A stretch of DNA of 41,930 nt from a virus. The DNA lies in the IMG/VR virus record IMGVR_UViG_3300029231_000022, positions 1 to 41,930 of that record; one strand, given 5' to 3'. A program made the position numbers and the translations under genes. Below, piece after piece: positions 1 to 8,677 of this stretch; the stretch's first letter is position 1, and every line of letters starts with the position of its first letter. The notes beneath the pieces are model-generated. The model was not told where the DNA came from. It made no database searches and was given only the letters and a program-made list of their open reading frames with translations.

Positions 1-99
1 GGAAGTAGTCTCCCGTTAAATTCTCAAGGTCGTAAAACGCCCCGTCCTGTATCTGGAGGTTGTGGTCGTAGCCGTAAAAGACCTCCGTCACCGCCTGCT
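1..99. repeat. 99-bp terminal direct repeat, identical to 41832..41930 (circular-closure overlap)
   Basis: Nt 1-99 (ggaagtagtc...ccgcctgct) recur exactly at 41832-41930, and an ORF reads through the junction. Confidence 0.95.
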
Positions 100-133
100 C
101 CTTGGCAGGCGTATTTTTCTGCACAAATAGCAT
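1..133 (-). CDS. 5' end of the junction-spanning virion protein gene (continues 41930->40174)
   Basis: ATG at 133-131 is preceded by GAGGTG. It is in frame with the GTG the ORF track used at 41922 (= nt 91). Joined length is 1791 nt, 596 aa. Confidence 0.7.
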   Translation of the reverse strand, partial: MLFVQKNTPAKEQAVTEVFYGYDHNLQIQDGAFYDLENLTGDYF

Positions 134-142
134 CTTCTCACC

Positions 143-520
143 TCACAGCCTGAAATGCGTCGCCCGCTCGCGGGGCATATAGCTGCGGTTGATGTAATTC
201 TGCCACGCGGTAAAATACTGATTGTAGCTGCCCGCAGCGGCGTTGTAACGGTCGGTCTCGCCATTTGCCTCCGCGATCTTCATGTCCAAGTACCACCGAT
301 AAATTTCGTCGTAAGGCGCTCCGATCAAAAGCACCGTCCTGTCCAGGTCCTGCTCCGGGCGGTACGGGTGAAATTCTTCCGGCACGTCCATCTCGTGCGC
401 CCGCAGCACCTCTCTGTGCGCGATCCCGTCCAGCTCCGCCAGCCATCTGATCTTGTCCTCCATGTCGTACTGATTCGGCGTCAGCCGGTCTACGATCTCC
501 AAAGCCTGTGTAATGGTCAT
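143..520 (-). CDS. Hypothetical head-completion/connector-position protein (125 aa)
   Basis: ORF MTITQALEIVDRL... lies two genes downstream of the capsid gene (after the 75-aa ORF). No motif recognised. Confidence 0.6.
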   Translation of the reverse strand: MTITQALEIVDRLTPNQYDMEDKIRWLAELDGIAHREVLRAHEMDVPEEFHPYRPEQDLDRTVLLIGAPYDEIYRWYLDMKIAEANGETDRYNAAAGSYNQYFTAWQNYINRSYMPRERATHFRL

Positions 521-570
521 CCTGTCCCCTCCTTTGGAAAAAGGGGCGCTTGCGCGCCCCCTCTGTCTTA

Positions 571-798
571 TTAGGTCTGTGCGCGCACGCTGCGCTCATA
601 CGCTGCTGCGGCGGCGGTCGCTCTGCGCGCCTCCCGCAGCGCCTCGTATACCGGCAGCGGCACGTCTACCTCCACGCCCTTCGGCACTTGGTAGCGCTTG
701 CCGTTCACGCACACAAACTGCATTTTCTCCTCATTCGACTGTGCCGGCGGGAGAAATACCGTTCTGGTCTCTTTCCAGATGTCCACCGTCTTTGCCAT
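571..798 (-). CDS. Small hypothetical protein (75 aa) downstream of the capsid gene
   Basis: Internal ATG (MAKTVDIWKE...) sits 1 nt after the capsid stop. The upstream part of track ORF 571..900 overlaps the capsid gene. Confidence 0.55.
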   Translation of the reverse strand: MAKTVDIWKETRTVFLPPAQSNEEKMQFVCVNGKRYQVPKGVEVDVPLPVYEALREARRATAAAAAYERSVRAQT

Positions 799-799
799 C

Positions 800-2080
800 T
801 CAGTTCTCCTCGTCCACGTCCGAATACTCGCCGCAGCTCTCGATGCGGACCATGCGATCCTCATACAGGATAAGGCTCGCGTTCTCGAACTTGTAGCCAA
901 GCGTCGAGAACTGATCCAGCGGACCGCCTGCGGTGGCTTTGTCCTTGATGATCATCTGGAGGTTGCCGCCCTCCGGGTCGATCATGCCGTAGGCGTCCTT
1001 GCCGAGCACCATCGTCGCATACACTGCCAGACCGCCAGCGCCGCCCTCGCCCGGCGCGATCACAGCGCCCGCCTCGATGTTGTTGACGTTCTCCTTCACG
1101 GTGATGCTGGACGCGGTGTTGCTCGCCACCTCGCACAGCACATCGCCCACAAGGATCAGCCTGCCCTTGAGCGCGTCCGTCGCCACCGTGCCGCCCTCGA
1201 ACGTGATGTTCTTGCCCGCCGAGGAAATGGCGGTCTTGACCTTGAGCGTCCGGCTGTCCGAGGCAAGGTCTGCACCCGCGAAGATCTTCGCTTCCGTGGT
1301 CTCCACGAAGCGCACGCCGTGCAGCTCGCCGATCTCGCCGGTGAAAATTTCCGTGGTCGCCGCGTACTTGTGCGCCTCGATCCACTCCGCACTGCTGCGC
1401 AGGTCATACGCGACGGACGGATGGATGATGGCGATGTACTTGCCATTGATGGTCGGCGCTTTGAGCTTCTTGAGCGTGGTCACTGCCTTGTTGATCTCGT
1501 CCGGGGTCAGCCGGGCGGTCTTGTCAAGCCCCGCTCTGGTCGCGACCTTCGTGTGTACGCCGTTTACCACCTTGTCGCAGAGCTGCTTGTTCGTACCGGC
1601 GACCACGACGTTTCTCACGAGCTTGTCCTGCGTCGTGCCCGCCGACGCGCCCAGCTCCGTGGTCGCGCCCAGGATCACGTCGTCGATCGCGTGCAGCTCC
1701 AAAATGTCGGTGACCGCCGTGTATGTGCCGTGCTGCGTCAGCGCCTTGGAAATGCTCGTAGAGCCGAGTTTCTGCGCCGCCGGGATCACGCCCTCCTGCA
1801 GCTCGCCCGCGTCCTCCAGCGTGTTCCACTTGCGGAACTCGATGATCCTGCCGCGATTCTTCGGCAGCCCCTGCTTCTTGGCAAACTGGCTGTGCACCAG
1901 ATTTGCACGCGCGTTTTCCAGCAGCTCCGTGTCGTAGTACTCCTTCATCTGCACGCTCAGATCGTTCCTCCCGCTGAAGGATTCCTGCGCGCCGGTGTAG
2001 GCGTTCACATAGCCGTCAGTCGCGTTCACCAGCGTCCCGGCGTCCGCCAAGAGCTGGATGTTGAGTTTCAATGCTCCCAT
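800..2080 (-). CDS. Major capsid protein
   Basis: 426 aa, directly after the scaffold gene. N-terminus MGALKLNIQLLAD carries an L27-like Prp cleavage motif shared with the scaffold. Confidence 0.8.
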   Translation of the reverse strand: MGALKLNIQLLADAGTLVNATDGYVNAYTGAQESFSGRNDLSVQMKEYYDTELLENARANLVHSQFAKKQGLPKNRGRIIEFRKWNTLEDAGELQEGVIPAAQKLGSTSISKALTQHGTYTAVTDILELHAIDDVILGATTELGASAGTTQDKLVRNVVVAGTNKQLCDKVVNGVHTKVATRAGLDKTARLTPDEINKAVTTLKKLKAPTINGKYIAIIHPSVAYDLRSSAEWIEAHKYAATTEIFTGEIGELHGVRFVETTEAKIFAGADLASDSRTLKVKTAISSAGKNITFEGGTVATDALKGRLILVGDVLCEVASNTASSITVKENVNNIEAGAVIAPGEGGAGGLAVYATMVLGKDAYGMIDPEGGNLQMIIKDKATAGGPLDQFSTLGYKFENASLILYEDRMVRIESCGEYSDVDEEN

Positions 2081-2102
2081 ATCATGCTCCTTTCCGGGAG
2101 CG

Positions 2103-2954
2103 TCAGAATGTAATGCGCTCCCCTCGTGCGACCCGCTTTCTGATCTCCTCCCGCTGCTGCGGGGTGAGCTTGCGCGGGTCGATTTTTGTTACCTGTCCTG
2201 CCGGAGAGCCGAGCGCCCCCTCCTGGGGTCTCATGCCGTTTGCCTGCACCTGCGCCACGGTGCGCTGCATCCCATACTGCATCGCCGCCTGCTGGAGGTC
2301 TCGGTAGTGCGCCGCCTCGTATGCCTGCATCGGGTCAAAGCCCGCCGTGAGCAGTGACATAAACGCGCGGTTTCCAAGCTCCGACGAAAGGTCTGCCTGC
2401 GGATACCGCTGCCGGACCTCTGCAAAGCTCTCCTGCAATGCCGCGAACCGCTGCCTCTGCTCCTCCTCGGCGCGCATCTGCGCGCTTTCCTGCTTGAGCC
2501 GCGCGTTCTCGCGTTCGGCGTTTTTGATCCGCCGCATCGCGTCCACCGGCAAGCCTGCCTGCGCCGCCTCCTGCTCATACCAGCGGTTGTCCTGCGATAG
2601 CTTTTCTCCCAGCGCGTCCAGATCGACCTTGCTCATGTCCGAGGTGTCCATGCCGTATATCTGTCCGATCCATGACACGATCGGCAGCAGCTTCTCCATC
2701 TGCTGCTTCTGCGCCTCCGCGCCTCTGAGCCTGCCGCGCACCGCCTTCTGCAAGGCTGCGTTGTACTCCTTCTCGTACCTGCCGCCCTTGCCGGTCAGTG
2801 CCTCAAACGTCTCTCCCTGCTGTACCTGTTCGGCGGGTACTTGTGCGCTCTGCCCCTGCGCCTGCGCGTCCGCAGTTGCCGGAGCTGCCGCACCGCCGGA
2901 TGTGGCGGGCATCTCTACGCCGTCAGCCAAAAGCTGAATGTTGAGCCTTTCCAT
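2103..2954 (-). CDS. Scaffolding protein
   Basis: 283 aa, rich in Q/E/A/R (coiled-coil-like). Lies between Prp and capsid. N-terminus is MERLNIQLLAD. Confidence 0.75.
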   Translation of the reverse strand: MERLNIQLLADGVEMPATSGGAAAPATADAQAQGQSAQVPAEQVQQGETFEALTGKGGRYEKEYNAALQKAVRGRLRGAEAQKQQMEKLLPIVSWIGQIYGMDTSDMSKVDLDALGEKLSQDNRWYEQEAAQAGLPVDAMRRIKNAERENARLKQESAQMRAEEEQRQRFAALQESFAEVRQRYPQADLSSELGNRAFMSLLTAGFDPMQAYEAAHYRDLQQAAMQYGMQRTVAQVQANGMRPQEGALGSPAGQVTKIDPRKLTPQQREEIRKRVARGERITF

Positions 2955-2986
2955 AAAGCCCTCCCGTAAAAATCCTGTGTTGGTAA

Positions 2987-3038
2987 GGCGGTCTCGCGTC
3001 CGCCGCCTGTGTTTTTTCGGCGGTCTCGCGTCCGCCGC
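2987..3038. repeat. Two exact 20-mers GGCGGTCTCGCGTCCGCCGC with 32-nt period
   Basis: Copies at 2987-3006 and 3019-3038. Each can fold GGCGG-8nt-CCGCC. They lie just upstream of the scaffold start. Confidence 0.85.
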
Positions 3039-3041
3039 TAT

Positions 3042-3179
3042 TTCGCGGGGTCTCCCCCGTTAAAGCCACTCTTGTAGGGGCGGACGCCTCTGTCCGCCCG
3101 TCTGCCTTCCCCTTGAGGGGAAGGTGGCGCGAAGCGCCGGATGAGGAGAAGCGTTGTACATTCCGCGCTGTCGCCACGT
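3042..3179. repeat. Composite palindromic mini-element (intergenic, Prp/scaffold)
   Basis: Hairpin GGGCGGAC-GCCTCT-GTCCGCCC at 3078-3099. CCTTCCCC-TTGA-GGGGAAGG at 3105-3124, then T and GGCGC-GAA-GCGCC at 3126-3138. Tail is GTCGCCACGTT. Confidence 0.85.
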
Positions 3180-3500
3180 TTACTGCTCCCTCTCGAATCG
3201 CACATTCTGTGGATACTCATGCGCCACCATCTGCATCCCCAGCAGTGCCGTGTCCCACATCGCCCGCACCACCCGCTCACGCTTCGGCGCGCACGCAATG
3301 GTGATGTCTCCGGGCTGCATATCCACCACCGGCTCTGCCCGCAGCAGCCCCTCGCTTTCCGCTTTTAGGAGCATCCCGCCCAGCGCGTAGGAGAGGATCG
3401 TCACCGCCGCGCAGACAATATCCTGCCCCGCCGGAGCGTATCCCGCGTGCCCTGTGATCCGCAGGCTGTAGCCTTTACACTGGATGCTTATCATGCTCAC
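3180..3500 (-). CDS. prp: Prp-like cysteine protease (ribosomal-processing protease family)
   Basis: 106 aa with the GHAGYAPAGQDIVCAAV His/Cys motif typical of Prp/YsxB. Located between portal and scaffold. Confidence 0.8.
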   Translation of the reverse strand: MSMISIQCKGYSLRITGHAGYAPAGQDIVCAAVTILSYALGGMLLKAESEGLLRAEPVVDMQPGDITIACAPKRERVVRAMWDTALLGMQMVAHEYPQNVRFEREQ

Positions 3501-5407
3501 CCCTCCGGCTGTGACGCCTGCTGCGCCCTCTGCCGCGCGTTCGCGGTCACGCTGCTCTCCTTCTCCCCGGTCTCAAGGCTCACATCCGCGTTTCCCTGCG
3601 GCACAGTCTGCCCCGCCCCGGAGAGGATCGCCTGCGCCAGCCCGTCCGCTTTTTCCGGCGCGTACTGCTGTACGAGCTGCAAGGCAAACTGCTGCCACTG
3701 CGCGAGCTGCTGCTGCAGATCCCCGTTTGCCCGGATCTTCTGCATCACCTCGTACTTGTCCTCAAAATCCATCATATCCAGGCACGCCATCGCCTGCGGC
3801 GCGAGCTGCGGGTTGAAGAATCCCAGGTTGTAAAACTGCAAAGCCAATTCGTTTTGCGCAAGCTTTGTGTATTCCGTCTGCTTCTGCGCCGAAACGATGA
3901 TGTCAAATACCGGCTTCCGCCCGCCTGACTTTAGCCCCTCGTTGGAATACGTCACATACTCGTCCGCCCCCAGCGCCCCTGTGATGCGGAATCTGCGCGG
4001 CAGGTCATAAAACTGCCGGATGCGCTCGATCACCATCCCGATCATCCGCCGGTACGCGCGGTACGCGCTCTTCGTCGCGTCCTTGCTGCTCCTGCCGGAG
4101 GCTTCCTGCAAGGCTGCGATCGCCGACGCAGCAGTCACGCCGCCGCCCGCCGAGCCGTTGTTGACGTCCGTGTTGCCCGTCACCCACTTGAGTTCCTCGA
4201 TCTTGCTCGCCCGCATCTCAAGATAATTCCCGCTCAGAGGATTCACCACGATCTGCGCCAGCGAATCCTGCCCCAGATTGCCGTCGGTGTGTACAAACGG
4301 CTTTGTCCAGTCGGCAAATTCCTTCTCGTTGATCGCGGCGTCGCTTCGCGCGAACCATCGCGGACTTGCCGCCATGATCGTATTCTTCACGATCGCCTGA
4401 TCCATGCGGTCGATCTGCTCCTGCGCGCTCTTGCCGATGTCGATATACCCGTACCCGCAGATGCTCCCCTTCACCGGGAACAGTGCGTCGAATACGAACG
4501 GATACTCGCCGTCGGTGTAAAACCCGACCTCGGCAGGCGCTTGCGCAATGGGCACGTCCAGCACCGTCCCGTCCGCCTGCGGCATCTGCATCACGGGCGG
4601 CTGTGTGTCGTTTTCCGACGCATATAAAACCTCGTCGCCGCAGAACCGGCAGTAGTGCAAAAGCGTTTTTCCGCCCACGCGCTTTTTGTAATACCACTCC
4701 ACCACCAGCGCCTGCTCGCCTCTCTGCTGGTCGTCGTCTGTTTTATACTGCGCCAGCGTCAGCGCGCTCCCCTTGAGCTTGCCCTCCAGTTGCGGATACC
4801 GGCTCACAAGGTCGCTCTTGTCATACGCCCGGACAAAAAATACGTTTTGGGAATCCTGAATGTCTTTAATGCCCGGCTGCCAGAAGATGTTGAGCACGTC
4901 CACGCCGCAGATCGCCACGTCGCCCAAGCCGCCCTGCTTGCTGCTGTCCCATAAAACGGACCAAATGAGCGTCCCCGACTGCACCTTGTCCCACAGCGTA
5001 TCGCTGTATACCTGCTCAAAATCGTTGTGCTCCAAAATGCACGGCACGATCTGCGTGAGCATCCGCGCCTCCAGCGCGTCCGTCTGCTCGCGCGGTCGTA
5101 GGTTTGCCTCCGGGTATGCCTGGATGCCGTCCGCGTGCTTACCCATCAGGACGTTAAAAAGCCACCCGCTCGCAGGTCGGTCGTCGCGGGGATTGCCCTT
5201 TTCGTCAAACTGCCCCCACTGCCGCAGCTTCCACCACTCGTTGTTGGCGATCACGCGGTTTTCAAGCTGCGTTTTGCCGCTTTTGTACTGGATCAGCGTC
5301 TGCATCGCCGTGCGCACCTGCTCCGCCCCGATCGGCTGCACCTGCGCCTCCCGCAAAACCTCCTCCACCTGCGTTACCTGTTCGTTCTCTCCCATCCTGT
5401 CCTCCAT
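3497..5407 (-). CDS. Portal protein
   Basis: 636 aa, the first gene downstream of TerL and upstream of Prp/scaffold/capsid. Start overlap and RBS are consistent with that operon. Confidence 0.8.
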   Translation of the reverse strand: MEDRMGENEQVTQVEEVLREAQVQPIGAEQVRTAMQTLIQYKSGKTQLENRVIANNEWWKLRQWGQFDEKGNPRDDRPASGWLFNVLMGKHADGIQAYPEANLRPREQTDALEARMLTQIVPCILEHNDFEQVYSDTLWDKVQSGTLIWSVLWDSSKQGGLGDVAICGVDVLNIFWQPGIKDIQDSQNVFFVRAYDKSDLVSRYPQLEGKLKGSALTLAQYKTDDDQQRGEQALVVEWYYKKRVGGKTLLHYCRFCGDEVLYASENDTQPPVMQMPQADGTVLDVPIAQAPAEVGFYTDGEYPFVFDALFPVKGSICGYGYIDIGKSAQEQIDRMDQAIVKNTIMAASPRWFARSDAAINEKEFADWTKPFVHTDGNLGQDSLAQIVVNPLSGNYLEMRASKIEELKWVTGNTDVNNGSAGGGVTAASAIAALQEASGRSSKDATKSAYRAYRRMIGMVIERIRQFYDLPRRFRITGALGADEYVTYSNEGLKSGGRKPVFDIIVSAQKQTEYTKLAQNELALQFYNLGFFNPQLAPQAMACLDMMDFEDKYEVMQKIRANGDLQQQLAQWQQFALQLVQQYAPEKADGLAQAILSGAGQTVPQGNADVSLETGEKESSVTANARQRAQQASQPEG

Positions 5408-5420
5408 CCGTTTCTCCCAA

Positions 5421-5506
5421 GGCTTCCCTTGGTGACCAAGGGGAGCTGTCGCCGCAGGCGACTGAGGGGATCAGAACTCCCCCGCTCGCACCCGCTCCCG
5501 CGTTTG
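5421..5506. repeat. Palindromic mini-element filling the TerL-portal intergenic gap
   Basis: GCTTCCCTT-GGTGACC-AAGGGGAGC at 5422-5446. GTCGCC-GCA-GGCGAC at 5448-5462. Then TGAGGGGATCAGAAC and tail ...CGCGTTTGC abutting the TerL stop. Confidence 0.85.
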
Positions 5507-6859
5507 CTATCCCCCAAACTGATCCAGCGGGTCATTCAGCAGCACCCGCCGCGCCACCGGGCGCATCGCCTTGATCGGTCGGCTCATGCAAAAATACCGT
5601 ACCTCGTCGCACGCATGATCCTCCATCGTCGTATCCAGATCCTCGACGTGCGTCTTGCTGTACATCATCATCGGCATCGTGCGGATAATGGCGTCGCAGC
5701 CCTTGAAAAAATACATCCGCGCGTAGCCGCCCTCGTCAAATTGCAGCCGGTAGTGCACTTGCATCCAGCCCGGTATCCGGGCGTTGTCGCCCTTGGAAAA
5801 GTACACCCCGTACCGCGCTGCCGTCTGTGCAATGCTCTCGCCGTGCGATGCGTCCCAGATCGCGGGGTCTGCAACGCCCTGTATCTCCTTGCCCCGCAGC
5901 CACGGGTGTTCCCGCTCTGTTTTGCGTATCTCCTCAAACTGCCGGTCCGGCGACCACTTTACGCCCTCGTTCGGCTCGCCTGTCCAGCCGTAAAGCTCCA
6001 GAATACGGTACAGCACGCCGTCGTAATCCACCGCCCACCAGGCGCAGGAAAACGGCTTTCCGTAGCCGAAATCGTAGCTTCTGTAAATTCTCCATCCCGC
6101 GTCCGGCTCAAACGGCGCGATGACGTGTGTAAATCTCCTGTCCTCGTAGTGCGCCGGGTCGTCCCGAAACTCTTCGAAGAACTGCCCCTCGAATACGTCC
6201 CAGCGCCCTTCCAGCCACGCCGCTCGCTGCGCCGGCGGCAGGCTCTTGAGGTTGCTCAAATACTCCGGCTGCGCCTGCATGAGCGCCTTGTTGTCCGTCA
6301 CGAGTGCCTGGATAAAGCTGTAATCCTCCGGCTTCTCCTCGCCCTCGAAGCGGCGGTCGATGAAAAGGCGCTTGAAATACCCGTGGCTCGGACCGCCGGG
6401 GTTGAGCGTGTAGTACGTCCGCTTCGGGAAATTGTTCACGCCGCGCACCGTGACGTTGATGTCCCGCAGCCAGTGCTCCTGGAGCTGCGCCGCCTCGTCG
6501 AAAAAGATCACGTCGTACTCCGCGCCCTGATATTGCAGCAGATCGCCGTCGTTGTCGCAGTACCCGAAGTAGATCGCCGATCCGTTTGCAAACGTGAATA
6601 CCTTGTCGGTGTTGTTGTACCGCGCTACGCCGTTGAGCAGCTGCCGCAGCGGCACGATGTGGTTGTTGTACAGTTCCTTGTAGCTCCGCCGCACAATGAG
6701 CACCTTGATTCCCGCCCATGCGCCGCAGAGTAAAAACGCCTTGATGCGCACCGCCCAGCTCTTCCCACCTCCACGCGCGCCGCCGTATGCCACATGGCGG
6801 TGCGTGTCCGTCAAAAACTGCCGCTGCTTGTCGCTGGGATTGATCTTGATCGTCCTCAT
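5507..6859 (-). CDS. terL: Terminase large subunit
   Basis: 450 aa. Walker A is GGARGGGKS and Walker B-like is DVIFFDEA. Position is TerS-TerL-portal. Confidence 0.9.
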   Translation of the reverse strand: MRTIKINPSDKQRQFLTDTHRHVAYGGARGGGKSWAVRIKAFLLCGAWAGIKVLIVRRSYKELYNNHIVPLRQLLNGVARYNNTDKVFTFANGSAIYFGYCDNDGDLLQYQGAEYDVIFFDEAAQLQEHWLRDINVTVRGVNNFPKRTYYTLNPGGPSHGYFKRLFIDRRFEGEEKPEDYSFIQALVTDNKALMQAQPEYLSNLKSLPPAQRAAWLEGRWDVFEGQFFEEFRDDPAHYEDRRFTHVIAPFEPDAGWRIYRSYDFGYGKPFSCAWWAVDYDGVLYRILELYGWTGEPNEGVKWSPDRQFEEIRKTEREHPWLRGKEIQGVADPAIWDASHGESIAQTAARYGVYFSKGDNARIPGWMQVHYRLQFDEGGYARMYFFKGCDAIIRTMPMMMYSKTHVEDLDTTMEDHACDEVRYFCMSRPIKAMRPVARRVLLNDPLDQFGG

Positions 6860-7347
6860 CTCGCCATATCCTGCATCGCGTTCTCAAATTCCACTCGCGC
6901 CCCGCCGTCCTTCGGCGCGGCGTCATTCCACCCGAACTTGCAGCCCAGCGCGTACTTCGCGCCGCTGGCTCTGCTCGTGGCGAGCTGCCGGATGTGGAAC
7001 GCCTCGATCCGCTGCTCCGCTCTCATGCAGATCGGCTCATAGCCCGCCTGCTGCCGCAGCTCCAGCCAGTCTGCATCGCTCATGCCCAGCGCCAGCAGCA
7101 GCCCCGGCAGGCTCGGCGGCTCGATCCACTGCGTCGCCATCGCCTGCCGCTTGCCGTGCATCACCGCCTCCAGCCTGTACAGGGGATGTCCGTAGCCGTC
7201 CAGCGCCTGCACGGTGATCGTCTCGCCGCCGATCACCTGCTCCTGCGTCACCGGCACGCGCCGGTATACCGGCTCGTCGTAGCTGATCCCGGCAAAATAC
7301 CGCCGCACCGCAGAGCCAAGCCTTGCAGGGCTGTCCAGCCGCTTCAT
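6856..7347 (-). CDS. terS: Putative terminase small subunit
   Basis: 163 aa, overlaps the TerL start by 4 nt. First gene after an intergenic hairpin. Confidence 0.6.
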   Translation of the reverse strand: MKRLDSPARLGSAVRRYFAGISYDEPVYRRVPVTQEQVIGGETITVQALDGYGHPLYRLEAVMHGKRQAMATQWIEPPSLPGLLLALGMSDADWLELRQQAGYEPICMRAEQRIEAFHIRQLATSRASGAKYALGCKFGWNDAAPKDGGARVEFENAMQDMAR

Positions 7348-7387
7348 CCGCGCACCCCCTTTTTCTTCCTGCTAAGAGTATAGCAGA

Positions 7388-7424
7388 GCCGACGCGAAAA
7401 TCTCTAGTGCACCTTCGCGTCGGC
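7388..7424 (-). promoter_or_regulatory. 11-bp-stem hairpin displaying the conserved 13-mer GGTGCACTAGAGA, upstream of TerS
   Basis: GCCGACGCGAA at 7388-7398 pairs with TTCGCGTCGGC at 7414-7424. The loop holds TCTCTAGTGCACC (7401-7413). Confidence 0.6.
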
Positions 7425-7533
7425 TGAAACCGTTGGTATGACTGGCTTTGCGCCGTTTCTTCCAAATTCAAGAAAACGCAGATACGCCGACCGGCGGCGC
7501 TGAAGCTCTCAGCGTCGCCCCCTTTTTGCCCGC

Positions 7534-7749
7534 TCACTCCGCGTCGTACAGCATCGTCAGCATGCGGTTTATCTCGCACTTTTCCCAGTTTTTGCAGCAG
7601 TACTCCCGTATCTGCCGCTTTTTTTCTGCCATGCGCTCATAACGCAGGACGATCTTTGATCGGTTTTCCAGCCCCTCGCACTGGATCTCCCACTTGTTGT
7701 CCGCCTTGTAAAACGGGCATCCCACGTCCGGGTTCTGCCATCCCTGCAT
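7534..7749 (-). CDS. Small Cys-rich protein (71 aa)
   Basis: ATG at 7749 with GGGAGG 9 nt upstream. Sequence MQGWQNPDVGCPFYKADNKWEIQCEG...CCKNWEKCE. Confidence 0.6.
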   Translation of the reverse strand: MQGWQNPDVGCPFYKADNKWEIQCEGLENRSKIVLRYERMAEKKRQIREYCCKNWEKCEINRMLTMLYDAE

Positions 7750-8527
7750 CCTGCTCAACCTCCCACAGCTTGACGTAGCGAATGTACTGCGGAGCGACGC
7801 GGCTGTTTTCAGCCCGCTCCAAAAGTGAGCACCCCGCCGGCACGCGCAGCTCGGCGTCGGAATGCACCGTGCGCTCATAGTCCGGCACGGGGTGGATGAG
7901 ATTGCGGCTCGGCTTGTAGCGCTTTTCGTCCTTCCCCGCCCGCACCTGGCGCAGGAGATATGCCACTAGGTCGTTGTGATCCGGCTCATCCCATAGCCGC
8001 TTTGCGCGCACCTCTCCGCAGCGCCACTTATCCGCGCACGCCTGCGCGCTGTCCGGGTCTACGATCACATGGTGGTGCAGGCGTGCAGGCTCGCCCGTCT
8101 TGCCGTTGCGGTCGGACGTGATCGCGAAATATCGCGCGCACGCGCCCCCCTTCACGCGCGCGCGACGAACTCGCCGCAGCCAAAGCTCCAGCTCTCGCTC
8201 CGCCTGATCGCGCAGCGTGTCCTCTGTCAGCTCCTGCCCAAGTGCGCGCACCCGGTCTGCGAGCTTTCCGATCGCCTCGTCCGTGTAGGTCAGCTCCAGC
8301 AGCACGCCGTCTGTGCGGTAAAAGCTTGCGTTGACCATCCGGCATACCGCCCGCATACCCTGTCCGGCTTTCCGCTCCTGCCGCGCGATCTCCCGTCTCG
8401 TTTTTTCCCGGTTTTGTGCAATGGCATCCGGCACGCGGAATTTGATCTTCTCCACCGTCTGTCCGACGGTGTAGCATCTCACCTTCCACGTCCCTTCCTG
8501 CCGCACCGGCAGCCACCGTCTTTCCAT
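7637..8527 (-). CDS. Rolling-circle Rep-like HUH endonuclease
   Basis: 296 aa. Motif 1-like is LLELTYTD, HUH is ARLHHHVIV, Tyr region is KRYKPSRN. The G/P/R-rich tail overlaps the next gene. Confidence 0.55.
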   Translation of the reverse strand: MERRWLPVRQEGTWKVRCYTVGQTVEKIKFRVPDAIAQNREKTRREIARQERKAGQGMRAVCRMVNASFYRTDGVLLELTYTDEAIGKLADRVRALGQELTEDTLRDQAERELELWLRRVRRARVKGGACARYFAITSDRNGKTGEPARLHHHVIVDPDSAQACADKWRCGEVRAKRLWDEPDHNDLVAYLLRQVRAGKDEKRYKPSRNLIHPVPDYERTVHSDAELRVPAGCSLLERAENSRVAPQYIRYVKLWEVEQDAGMAEPGRGMPVLQGGQQVGDPVRGAGKPIKDRPAL

Positions 8528-8677
8528 CGCCCTGTCCCCTTTTTATATAAAATGGTCGTAAACCTTCGCGCCTAGCAAGTTCCGCTACGCGCCCGCGCGC
8601 GTATTTAATATAGTATATCGCCTGACGGCTTCATCCAAAGCAGTCCAAAGCTGCCCTCGATGAAACTGTCAGCCTGC

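Noticed and set aside
571-900. N-terminally extended track ORFs taken at face value. Examples are 571..900, 9129..9728, 10497..10970, 14485..15246, 15138..15749 and 17960..18925.
   Set aside because: The extensions overlap the upstream gene and are compositionally aberrant. Internal starts with good RBS and ATGA/GTGA coupling give compact operon structure. Coordinates were trimmed accordingly.
698-2113. Very long plus-strand ORFs antisense to the structural genes. Examples are 698..2113, 5135..6733, 21760..23133, 28810..29562, 30253..31089, 31381..32598 and 33250..34308.
   Set aside because: They mirror well-supported minus-strand genes. They are R/A/P/L-rich with no motifs or RBS. Such ORFs are the expected stop-poor shadows in GC-rich DNA.
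2923-3177. ORFs lying entirely on repeat elements: 2923..3177(-), 3038..3298(-), 8660..8929(+) and 8669..8896(-).
   Set aside because: Their sequences are just translations of the palindromic modules (e.g. SSGASRHLPLKGKADGRTEASAPT). They lack an RBS and overlap real genes. They are open only because the elements contain no stops.
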